NCBI GenBank assembly: GCA_038203125.1
Contig: JBBREG010000001.1
Span: 1-46,847, forward strand
Length of the DNA: 46,847 nt
DNA from: Chitinophagales bacterium
GTDB taxonomy: Bacteria; Bacteroidota; Bacteroidia; Chitinophagales; Saprospiraceae
Direction: 5' to 3'
Positions 28,313 through 37,172 of the stretch are shown here, one piece after another (positions within the stretch are counted from its first letter, which is position 1; each line of letters opens with the position of its first letter). Position numbers and translations under genes: made by a program. The notes beneath the pieces were generated by a model. The model was not told the origin of the DNA. It made no database searches and saw nothing but the letters and a program-made list of their open reading frames with translations.

Positions 28313-28903
28313 ATGATCGAAACTATCCTGCAATGGGACACGACACTGATGCATGAGATCAATGCAGGCTGGAGTCATCCTGTACTGGATTTTCTGTTAC
28401 CACTATTTCGCAATAAATTTTTCTGGCTCCCACTCTATGTGCTCTGCATGGCATGGATCATCTATAATCACCGGATCCGTCATATTGTTGTGATATTCAT
28501 TTGTTTATTTCTGGCAGTCTTTGCATCCGATACGATCAGTGCAAAACTGATCAAATATCAGGTGGCACGACCACGTCCTTGCCAGGAAGTGAATCTGTAT
28601 CCACCTGTCATCGTCCGTGTCAATTGTGGCAGCGGCTTTAGTTTTCCTTCTGCCCATGCAGCCAATCATTTTTGCCTGGCTTCATTCTTTATATCCATCT
28701 TCGGCTATTTCCTCGGCAGATGGAAATATCTATGGTGGTTCTGGGCCATACTTATTTCTTTAGCTCAGGTGTATGTTGGGGTACATTATCCCCTGGACAT
28801 TATTTGTGGTGCTTTACTTGGCATGATTGTAGGCACGTCCATAGGAATATTTTGTTATCATCGACTTCAGCCCATCACCATTCAATCACCTGACAATACC
28901 TAA
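28313..28903 (+). CDS. PAP2-family lipid phosphatase
   Basis: The three PAP2 motifs are present: KYQVARPRP (KxxxxxxRP), FPSAH (PSGH-like) and VYVGVHYPLD (SRxxxxxHxxxD-like). Several TM segments. Confidence 0.85.
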   Translation: MIETILQWDTTLMHEINAGWSHPVLDFLLPLFRNKFFWLPLYVLCMAWIIYNHRIRHIVVIFICLFLAVFASDTISAKLIKYQVARPRPCQEVNLYPPVIVRVNCGSGFSFPSAHAANHFCLASFFISIFGYFLGRWKYLWWFWAILISLAQVYVGVHYPLDIICGALLGMIVGTSIGIFCYHRLQPITIQSPDNT

Positions 28904-28912
28904 TCATTACGC

Positions 28913-29794
28913 ATGAAGATCATCGATGGCAATGCACTTGCTACTATAATAAAATCAGAATTACAGCAAAAAGTTAATATCGCTGTCAATAAGGGTAATC
29001 GACCACCTCATCTTGCAGCAGTCCTGATAGGAGATAATCCGGCGAGCAGATCGTACGTGACGAACAAAGTCAAAAGCTGCGAAGAGGTAGGCTTCAGGTC
29101 AACCTTACTCCAACGACCTTCGGATATTAGTGAAGCCTCTCTTTTAGAGATCGTCCATCAGCTGAATCATGATCCTGAAGTAGATGGATTTATTGTTCAA
29201 CTTCCTTTGCCGGAACATATCAATGAAATGGCCGTCACAATGGCAATCGATCCATCAAAGGATGTTGATGGCTTTCATCCGATGAATGTTGGCAGGATGT
29301 CACTCGGTCTTCCCTCATATCTGCCTGCAACCCCCATGGGAATTCTCGAAATGCTAAAAAGAAACAATATCACTGTAAGTGGAAAGAAATGCTGCGTCAT
29401 TGGCCGAAGTAATATTGTCGGAACTCCTATGAGTATTTTACTTTCCAGGAAAGGTGAGCCTGGTGATGGTACCGTTGTACTTTGCCACAGCCGCACTCCT
29501 GACATGAAACAGATCACCCTTAATTCTGATATTATTATTGTTGCTCTTGGTAAACCACACTTCCTGACTGCAGACATGGTACAGGAAGGAGCAGTCGTGA
29601 TAGATGTTGGGATCAACCGCATTCCCGACCCTGCAAAAAAATCAGGATTTCGGATTACAGGTGATGTGGATTTTGAAAATGTCGCTCCAAAATGTAGTTT
29701 CATCACCCCTGTCCCCGGAGGTGTGGGCCCCATGACAGTTACATCTTTGTTGATGAATACATGGAAGGCTTACAATAAAGAAATCTATGCCTGA
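28913..29794 (+). CDS. folD: bifunctional methylenetetrahydrofolate dehydrogenase (NADP+) / methenyl-THF cyclohydrolase
   Basis: LAAVLIGDNPASRSYV..K, DGFIVQLPLP, DVDGFHP.N, VIGRSNIVG.P and PVPGGVGPMT. Confidence 0.95.
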   Translation: MKIIDGNALATIIKSELQQKVNIAVNKGNRPPHLAAVLIGDNPASRSYVTNKVKSCEEVGFRSTLLQRPSDISEASLLEIVHQLNHDPEVDGFIVQLPLPEHINEMAVTMAIDPSKDVDGFHPMNVGRMSLGLPSYLPATPMGILEMLKRNNITVSGKKCCVIGRSNIVGTPMSILLSRKGEPGDGTVVLCHSRTPDMKQITLNSDIIIVALGKPHFLTADMVQEGAVVIDVGINRIPDPAKKSGFRITGDVDFENVAPKCSFITPVPGGVGPMTVTSLLMNTWKAYNKEIYA

Positions 29795-30638
29795 ACTACA
29801 AAAGCCCCAATACCTGTCCATCACGTTTGATATGGGCACGCACAATAAGGAAATTTGGCTCGCCATGTTAAGTGACTGGCCATTTGAAGCTTTTCATGAA
29901 GACGGAGACCAGATCATCGGATATATCCTGGAACATGATTTTCTCCTGACGCTGGTGGAATTTATAATGGAACATCAAAACGTGCGTTTCGAAGATTATC
30001 ACCTCGATAAAGTAGAAGATAAAAATTGGAATGAAGTATGGGAAAGTTCGTTTAACCCGGTTGTGGTAGATGAGTTTTGTTTTATTCGCGCAGGATTTCA
30101 TCCTGTACCCGACCAGTTTAAACATGTCGTAACCATATCACCCAAGATGGCATTTGGTACAGGTCATCATGCAACAACTTATATGATGATCCAGGCAATG
30201 TCTGAAATTGATTTTCACGGCAAAAGTGTATTCGATTTCGGATGCGGAACAGGCATTCTTGGAATTGTAGCAGCAAAGGAAGGAGCTGCCAAAATCCTGG
30301 GTGTGGATATTCAACCCGAATCCATAGAAAACAGTTATGAACACGCAACCATGAATGATGTGGTGGAAGTCTGTTCTTTCTTTGAAGGCGGTTTAGATAA
30401 AGTGCCGGATGAAAAATTTGACATCATCCTCGCCAATATTAACAGGAATGTCATCCTCGCTTCTTTACCCGCATTGAAGGAAATGTTGAAACCCAATAGT
30501 TTATTGCTCATATCTGGTATCATGTTCGATGATGAACATGTAATTACTGAATCTTTAGCAAAGGAAAATCTGATCATCTCCCGAAAAAATCAAAAAGACA
30601 ACTGGCTTCAGCTGAATGTCATTAACGCCAGTTCTTAA
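29787..30638 (+). CDS. prmA: ribosomal protein L11 methyltransferase
   Basis: MAFGTGHHATT and SAM motif I FDFGCGTGILG, ending DIILANI. The start overlaps the folD stop by 8 nt. Confidence 0.9.
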   Translation: MPELQKPQYLSITFDMGTHNKEIWLAMLSDWPFEAFHEDGDQIIGYILEHDFLLTLVEFIMEHQNVRFEDYHLDKVEDKNWNEVWESSFNPVVVDEFCFIRAGFHPVPDQFKHVVTISPKMAFGTGHHATTYMMIQAMSEIDFHGKSVFDFGCGTGILGIVAAKEGAAKILGVDIQPESIENSYEHATMNDVVEVCSFFEGGLDKVPDEKFDIILANINRNVILASLPALKEMLKPNSLLLISGIMFDDEHVITESLAKENLIISRKNQKDNWLQLNVINASS

Positions 30639-31200
30639 GTTCCCCATACACACGATGTACGGGTAGTCCCATGACATTTGCATATGAACCTTCAATCCTG
30701 GAAATTTTGGCCCAGCCGATCCAGTCCTGAATGCCATACGCACCTGCCTTATCAAATGGCTTTTGAAGATCAACATAGTATTCAATTTCATCCATCGTCA
30801 TGTCTTCAATCCATACCAACGTATGTTCTGAAAATCCAATCGCGTGGTGATGATCACACAGGAATACACCTGTGATGACGAGATGCTCTTTACCAGCAAT
30901 TTGTTGTATCATGTCAATCGCCTCTGATCGGGTGGCGGCTTTGTTGTAAATTTTATTTTCCACAATAACTACACTGTCTGCAGCGAGGATGAGATGATCA
31001 GGTGGCATAATGCGTACAGCAGCTTCTGCTTTTTTTCGTGCCAGGTATTCCGGGACTTCTGCCACATCCATATCTTCTGAAAAATCTTCTTCAACATCCA
31101 CATCCAGGAGTGAAAATTCAATTCCTGCACCTTTTAGTAATTCAGCCCGACGCGGTGATTTGGATGCCAGCAGCAAGGGAGGATGGTGTAAAAGAGCCAT
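30622..31200 (-). CDS. maf: Maf-like nucleoside triphosphate pyrophosphatase
   Basis: LLASKSPRRAELL, ILAADSVV and KAGAYGIQ motifs. 192 aa. Confidence 0.9.
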   Translation of the reverse strand: MALLHHPPLLLASKSPRRAELLKGAGIEFSLLDVDVEEDFSEDMDVAEVPEYLARKKAEAAVRIMPPDHLILAADSVVIVENKIYNKAATRSEAIDMIQQIAGKEHLVITGVFLCDHHHAIGFSEHTLVWIEDMTMDEIEYYVDLQKPFDKAGAYGIQDWIGWAKISRIEGSYANVMGLPVHRVYGELKNWR

Positions 31201-31210
31201 AAAGATTTAT

Positions 31211-33136
31211 TTAATGAACTTTGTTTTTGGAAATAATTTCCTCCACGATTTCCGGATTGAGTAGGGTAGAGGTATCTCCTATATTTATAAAATCACCTTC
31301 TGCAACTTTTCGAAGGATGCGGCGCATGATCTTTCCGGATCGAGTTTTTGGTAATCCTGTCACCACCAGCAGTTTGTCAATTTGTGCAATGCCGCCAATT
31401 GATTTTCCAAGCTGGACATTTATTTCTTTGAAAAATATTTTAGCATCCACCACCTCACCGAGTGGAATTACATAGGCATACATGCCCTGTCCTTTTATAT
31501 CATGAGGAAATCCAACCACTGCACTTTCCACCACATTGGGATGTTCATTAATAGCGTTTTCTACTTCACCCGTTCCCAATCTGTGGCCACTTACATTAAT
31601 TACGTCATCGACTCTCCCGATGATCCGGTACCGTCCATCGGCATCCCGCCGTGCACCATCACCAGTAAAATACAAACCTGGAAACGAAGCGAAATAAGTA
31701 GCTATGCAACGTTCGTGATCTCCATACGTCGTTCGTAGGATGGATGGCCATGGATATCTGATGCATAAAAGACCTTCCAGCCCATTTTCTGTAATTTCCT
31801 TTCCTGCTGCATCCACAAGCATTGGCTGAATGCCAGGTAAGGGATAGGATGCATAACACGGCTTTTGATCAGTTATCCCGGCAAGCGGACTGATCAGGAT
31901 TCCACCAGTTTCTGTTTGCCACCATGTATCGACGAGCGGAATTTTGTTTTTTCCAATCTTCTCATGATACCACTGCCACGCTTCCGAATTGATAGGTTCA
32001 CCTACGGATCCAATCACTTTTAGAGAGGATAGATCAGCCTGTTCTGTAAAGTGATCTCCCGCTGCCATTAATGCACGGATGGCGGTAGGTGCAGTATAAA
32101 AAATATTGACTTTGTGTTTTTCAATGACCTGCCAGAACCTGGATGCATCGGGATAGGTAGGCACACCTTCAAACATAACTGTGGTAGCGCCAGAGAGCAG
32201 AGGACCATAGATAATATAACTATGACCTGTGATCCACCCGATATCTGCAGTGCACCAATGGATGTCATCCATCCCGGGTTGAAATACCAATTGAAAACTA
32301 TACGCCGCATATACCATGTAACCTCCACAGGTATGAACTACACCTTTTGGTTTGCCTGTAGAACCTGATGTGTAAAGGATAAACAGGAGATCTTCACTAT
32401 CCATTTCTTCAGCAGGACAAAACTGATGTTGCCCATTCGTAACATCATGCCACCAATGATCTCTTGCGGGCATCCATGAAACCTGATGATCACAGTTATT
32501 AAAAGTAATTACATGCTCAACCTTGCAATCCCTTTGTAAAATGGCTTCATCAACTACGTCTTTCACCGGGATTTGTTTCGGTCCTCGGTCATTCGCATCG
32601 GCACATATAATCACTTTGGCAGATGAATCCTGAAGCCGGTCTGACAAAGAAGATGCTGAAAAACCCGCAAATACCACACTATGAATGGCTCCAATCCGGG
32701 CACATGCCAGAACAGCGATCGTTAATTCGGGAATCATAGGCATGTAGATTAAAACCCTATCTCCTTTCGTAACATTCAATTGTCTAAGTCCATTAGCAAA
32801 CCGGCATACTTCCTCGAGTAACTGACTATATGTATAGGTCTTACTCTTTTTCGTTGGATTATTGGGCTCCCAAATGAGAGCCGTTTTGTCAGGATGAGTA
32901 TTCACATGACGATCCAGGCAATTGATCGTAATATTTGTTTTTCCTCCAAGATACCATTCCGTATGACCTGAATGAAAATCCCATTTCACAACTTTGTCCC
33001 AGGGCGTTGACCAGAGAAACGATTTTGCCTGTTCTTCCCAAAATGATTCTGGCTGATCAATACTGTATTGATACGCTTTTTGATATTCTTCAAAATTATG
33101 TAACTGTAACATTCCAGGATATTCAGATGAAGACAA
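31211..33136 (-). CDS. acs: acetyl-CoA synthetase (acetate--CoA ligase, AMP-forming)
   Basis: FWEEQAK N-terminal region, AMP-binding motif YTSGSTGKPKG, WWQTETGG, YFTGDGARRD, and the C-terminal PKTRSGKIMRR. 641 aa. Confidence 0.95.
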   Translation of the reverse strand: MSSSEYPGMLQLHNFEEYQKAYQYSIDQPESFWEEQAKSFLWSTPWDKVVKWDFHSGHTEWYLGGKTNITINCLDRHVNTHPDKTALIWEPNNPTKKSKTYTYSQLLEEVCRFANGLRQLNVTKGDRVLIYMPMIPELTIAVLACARIGAIHSVVFAGFSASSLSDRLQDSSAKVIICADANDRGPKQIPVKDVVDEAILQRDCKVEHVITFNNCDHQVSWMPARDHWWHDVTNGQHQFCPAEEMDSEDLLFILYTSGSTGKPKGVVHTCGGYMVYAAYSFQLVFQPGMDDIHWCTADIGWITGHSYIIYGPLLSGATTVMFEGVPTYPDASRFWQVIEKHKVNIFYTAPTAIRALMAAGDHFTEQADLSSLKVIGSVGEPINSEAWQWYHEKIGKNKIPLVDTWWQTETGGILISPLAGITDQKPCYASYPLPGIQPMLVDAAGKEITENGLEGLLCIRYPWPSILRTTYGDHERCIATYFASFPGLYFTGDGARRDADGRYRIIGRVDDVINVSGHRLGTGEVENAINEHPNVVESAVVGFPHDIKGQGMYAYVIPLGEVVDAKIFFKEINVQLGKSIGGIAQIDKLLVVTGLPKTRSGKIMRRILRKVAEGDFINIGDTSTLLNPEIVEEIISKNKVH

Positions 33137-33146
33137 TAGCTCCTTT

Positions 33147-34007
33147 TCAAAGCAATAATACCAATGTTCCGGCGAGCATCACCAGTTTAACTGTAGTAGA
33201 AGCTGTGTGGTAATATGATTTATTTTTTGCCCACCAGACAAATGCTGCTGATGCCACAATACCACCCTCCAGCAAATACAGGCAAAACTTAACCGTATAA
33301 CTTGTTTGTTTCGATTCCCATTGCAAAAGGATGATGAGGATGATGATCGCGATTACAACCACCATAATTTTTCCAACTCGCAAACCCCATTGTACGACCG
33401 CAGTGTTACATTTTTGTACACTATCTCCTTCTTCGTCTTCTATATCCTTGATGATTTCGCGATACCATGTGGTGAGAAAGGCAAAGGCGATGTAATACCA
33501 AAAATTCAAAGTAATTATTTCTTTATGACCCTTGAGAAGATCGGGAGTTGCAACAATCAGGATCACGCCGGCACAGAAAAGTGCCACCCAAAGATTACCT
33601 GCAATGGGTTTACATTTTAAAAAATAGCTGTATACCCACAAGCCACCCAGTGCCGTTGGATAGAGGAACAGAAAAGACAATAAATCCAATCGAATGGCAA
33701 GCCATATGGATAAAATCAAACCCAGTAAAGTAACTATGAGGTATATGATCAGGACTTTTCGTGCAGACCACAGGTTGCCTGCAATCCATTGTTCCGGCTT
33801 ATTGATTGCGTCAATTTTCCTGTCATAATAGTCATTGATGATATATCCCCCGGCAGCCAGTATGGTCGTGATCACGATCAGCATAGCGAGATCCCAATAG
33901 TCCATGACGCTATTTTTCCAATCCAGGAGCCTGAAGAACACCAGTGATTGGATGATACCGAGCAGGATCAGATTAGGCCAACGAATGATCGAAAAAAAGT
34001 TCTTCAT
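33147..34007 (-). CDS. UbiA-family prenyltransferase, archaeal DGGGP-synthase-like (geranylgeranylglycerol-phosphate geranylgeranyltransferase-like)
   Basis: Asp-rich motif 1 NDYYDRKID (NDxxDxxxD) and motif 2 KDIEDEEGD (DxxDxxGD), about 8 TM segments, 286 aa. Confidence 0.8.
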   Translation of the reverse strand: MKNFFSIIRWPNLILLGIIQSLVFFRLLDWKNSVMDYWDLAMLIVITTILAAGGYIINDYYDRKIDAINKPEQWIAGNLWSARKVLIIYLIVTLLGLILSIWLAIRLDLLSFLFLYPTALGGLWVYSYFLKCKPIAGNLWVALFCAGVILIVATPDLLKGHKEIITLNFWYYIAFAFLTTWYREIIKDIEDEEGDSVQKCNTAVVQWGLRVGKIMVVVIAIIILIILLQWESKQTSYTVKFCLYLLEGGIVASAAFVWWAKNKSYYHTASTTVKLVMLAGTLVLLL

Positions 34008-34112
34008 GGTGATTCGACGTTCAAGATAATTGCTTTCACCTAAGTACCGGTTACTGGCTCCTTTTTGCCTTATTTGCTGGTCACCAACCTAACGCTTATA
34101 TTTAGAAACAAT

Positions 34113-36728
34113 ATGGAAGAAAGTACGCAGACAACATCGGAGTCCAAAGCCTTTAAGTTCAAGGAACTGAAAGTATATGCATCCACGGAATGGCTGGCGG
34201 ACAATAAGAAGAAGTATCGCCAGGTATATGACCGCCTGGAAGCATCCTACGTCTATGCAGAGCTATCCTTCTACAATAAATATTTTGACCTGGAAAGCTG
34301 GGACGTTGAGGTGACATTACGATGCCTTTCCATGAAGCGGGCGGGGAAGGAATTATGCCGTCTGCAGATACAGCGGAATGTAAGCAAGTATGACAGCATC
34401 GTATACATCCGCGAAGGGTGGGGCAACAAAAAAGAAGGCTCTTTCTGGAAAAAAGGTGCGTACTGCTGGGAAGCGTATATCGACAATGAAAAAGTAGGAT
34501 CCAAATATTTCTATATCGAAGAAAGTGATACCAGCATCAATGGACTGCCACGGTATCTCTCCTTACAATCCTTACGTCTCTATGAAGGTCAATATGATGA
34601 TGTGGGTGAGGATGACCGGCATTACTTTAATACTTTTAGCAGTGCCGAGACCAGGTATATCTATTCGGAAGTCATCTTTCAGAATCTTCAGACACAGGAT
34701 TCATGGCAGTGCGAACTTTTTACAAAATTTTACAACGAAGCACGCGAACTGAAAGGCCAGGTTACGCGTCTGCAAACGATAAAAAAAGGGGATGAAAAGG
34801 TAAAGATCACAGCAGGGTGGGGATCGAATGTAAAAGGATCATGGCGAAAAGGAAAATACACAGCTGAGATTGTTTTTATGGACCGTCTTGTGGCCGTCGT
34901 TCCATTTGAGGTGGGTGAAGATTTTAAAGAAGGACAGAGCCAGGTTTTCCTGCCCGATTACAGGCCTGCCAAATTCACCACAGAAGAAAATGCGAATAAG
35001 AGCCTGGAGGAAGTCATGAGTGATCTTACCTCAATGATCGGATTGTTTGAGATAAAAAAACAGGTATTTGAGCATGCGCAGTACCTGCAGTTTTTGCAAC
35101 TGAGGAAGGACAATGGCTTTTCAGAGCGGCAGGATATTAATATCCATTCCGTTTTTGTGGGTAACCCTGGCACAGGTAAAACAACGGTTGCCGGCATGAT
35201 GGGCAAGTTGTATAAAAATATGGGCTTGCTTACGAAAGGTCATGTGCACCAGGTGGATCGGGTTGATCTTGTTGGAGAATATATTGGTCAGACCGCCCCC
35301 AAAACAAAAGATGCAATTGAAAAAGCAAGAGGCGGAGTGCTGTTTATTGATGAAGCCTATAGTCTTGCCCGGGCGAATGATGATACGAAGGATTTTGGAC
35401 GTGAAGTAATTGAGATCCTGGTCAAAGAGATGTCAAATGGCCAGGGGGATATGGCCGTGATTGTAGCAGGATACCCCAAAGAAATGACCTACTTCCTGGA
35501 TTCAAATCCGGGCCTTAAGTCGAGATTTAAAATTCATTATCATTTTTCAGATTACCTGCCACAAAATCTCTCCGAGATTGCCCAGTATGCATGTCGCGAA
35601 AAAGAAGTGATCCTTTCTGTAGAAGCTAAAAAACTGGTGGATGAAATGATCGTGGAGGCCTATCGCAACAGGGATCGTTCGTTTGGAAATGCCCGTTTCG
35701 TAAATGACCTGATCGAAAAAGCAAAAGTTTCTCTTGGTCTGCGGGTGATGCGATCAACATCCACCAAAGAACCATCACGTGATGATCTGTCCAACATTTT
35801 ACAGGAGGATATTGAACACATAAAAGTTATGGGAGATTTGACACATCCGACCATACCGGTAGATGAAAAATTACTTCAGCAGTCACTGATCGATCTTAAT
35901 GAATTAACAGGACTTGATAATGTAAAAAAACAAATACGCGAGATGATCGATATCGTCCGGTATCATCAGATAACGGGGCGAAGCGTATTGAATAAATTCT
36001 ACATGCACACGGTCTTTATCGGTAATCCGGGAACGGGGAAAACGACTGTAGCGAGGATCCTTACGAGCATATATAAAGCTTTGGGAATTCTGGAGCGTGG
36101 CCATATGGTAGAGACTGACCGTCAGGGATTGGTGGCTGGGTATGTTGGTCAGACTGCATTGAAGACTGCAGAAAAGATCGAGGAAGCCATGGGTGGCGTT
36201 TTATTTATTGATGAAGCTTATGCCCTGAGCAATAACCCTGGTAATTCTCATGACTTTGGAAATGAAGTCATTCAAACCATTCTCAAACGAATGGAAGATA
36301 AACGCGGCCAGTTTTTTGTTTTTGCAGCAGGATATCCGGATAATATGGAAACTTTTTTAAAGGCAAATCCGGGGCTGAGCTCACGTTTTGATAAGATCTT
36401 ACGATTTGAAGACTACAGTCCTGAAGAATTGAATGAGATCGCAATCCATATGATCACCACGCAGGAGATGCGCATATCTCCAAAAGCGCTGGAACACCTT
36501 ACGATGTATTTCAAATTCCTCTATGATTACAGGGATAAATATTTTGGCAATGCACGGAGTATTCGCCAGGTCATACAGGAAGTAATCAAGAATCAAAATC
36601 TTCGCCTTGCCAAATCCAATGATCCGAAGACACAATCTACTCTGATTACGTTTGAAGATGTTAAGGAATTCACAAAAGACAAGTTATTACCCAATTTTCA
36701 ACGGCAATCGATTGGTTTTCGCAAATAG
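34113..36728 (+). CDS. double AAA+ ATPase (two CbbX/SpoVK-type modules) with duplicated N-terminal domain of unknown function
   Basis: Two full modules. Walker A is GNPGTGKTTVA twice (nt approx 35158 and approx 36021). Walker B is GGVLFIDEAY twice. AGY(P) occurs twice and the sensor region NPGL(K/S)SRF twice. ATG 34113 (MEESTQ...) is preferred over the TTG-type track start at 34065. Confidence 0.85.
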   Translation: MEESTQTTSESKAFKFKELKVYASTEWLADNKKKYRQVYDRLEASYVYAELSFYNKYFDLESWDVEVTLRCLSMKRAGKELCRLQIQRNVSKYDSIVYIREGWGNKKEGSFWKKGAYCWEAYIDNEKVGSKYFYIEESDTSINGLPRYLSLQSLRLYEGQYDDVGEDDRHYFNTFSSAETRYIYSEVIFQNLQTQDSWQCELFTKFYNEARELKGQVTRLQTIKKGDEKVKITAGWGSNVKGSWRKGKYTAEIVFMDRLVAVVPFEVGEDFKEGQSQVFLPDYRPAKFTTEENANKSLEEVMSDLTSMIGLFEIKKQVFEHAQYLQFLQLRKDNGFSERQDINIHSVFVGNPGTGKTTVAGMMGKLYKNMGLLTKGHVHQVDRVDLVGEYIGQTAPKTKDAIEKARGGVLFIDEAYSLARANDDTKDFGREVIEILVKEMSNGQGDMAVIVAGYPKEMTYFLDSNPGLKSRFKIHYHFSDYLPQNLSEIAQYACREKEVILSVEAKKLVDEMIVEAYRNRDRSFGNARFVNDLIEKAKVSLGLRVMRSTSTKEPSRDDLSNILQEDIEHIKVMGDLTHPTIPVDEKLLQQSLIDLNELTGLDNVKKQIREMIDIVRYHQITGRSVLNKFYMHTVFIGNPGTGKTTVARILTSIYKALGILERGHMVETDRQGLVAGYVGQTALKTAEKIEEAMGGVLFIDEAYALSNNPGNSHDFGNEVIQTILKRMEDKRGQFFVFAAGYPDNMETFLKANPGLSSRFDKILRFEDYSPEELNEIAIHMITTQEMRISPKALEHLTMYFKFLYDYRDKYFGNARSIRQVIQEVIKNQNLRLAKSNDPKTQSTLITFEDVKEFTKDKLLPNFQRQSIGFRK

Positions 36729-36787
36729 CACGAATACAATACCCGATCCGTGGGAAGAAGTTAGGCAAAGACTGCTACCTTAGCTCC

Positions 36788-37168
36788 ATGAGCAGGCTAT
36801 CCAGTGCCATCCACATGACGTGTCCGAGATGTCGGATGGGAGAGATGTTTATCAGGCCTTTACAGATCACACGACCACTGCGCATGCACAAGCGTTGTAG
36901 TGTATGTGGACAGCCATTCGAGCCAGAGATAGGTTTCTATTATGGAGCCATGTTTATTTCCTATCTTTTTATCGCTTTTATCAGCTTATTATCAGTCGGT
37001 ATAAGCGTGTTCGTTTTCAAATTTCCGGTAGAGATTTCATTCCTGATACTCATCCTGTTTCTGGCAATCATTTTTGTCTGGAATCTCAAGTTCAGTCGCT
37101 CACTTTGGATCCATATCATAGTTAAATACGATCCCAGTTACAAACCGATTGCTGCAAAAGAGAATTAA
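36788..37168 (+). CDS. DUF983-like small membrane protein with N-terminal zinc ribbon
   Basis: CPRC...(19 aa)...CSVCG zinc-ribbon pair followed by GFYYGAMFISY and two TM helices. The size and layout fit DUF983. Confidence 0.7.
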   Translation: MSRLSSAIHMTCPRCRMGEMFIRPLQITRPLRMHKRCSVCGQPFEPEIGFYYGAMFISYLFIAFISLLSVGISVFVFKFPVEISFLILILFLAIIFVWNLKFSRSLWIHIIVKYDPSYKPIAAKEN

Positions 37169-37172
37169 TAGT

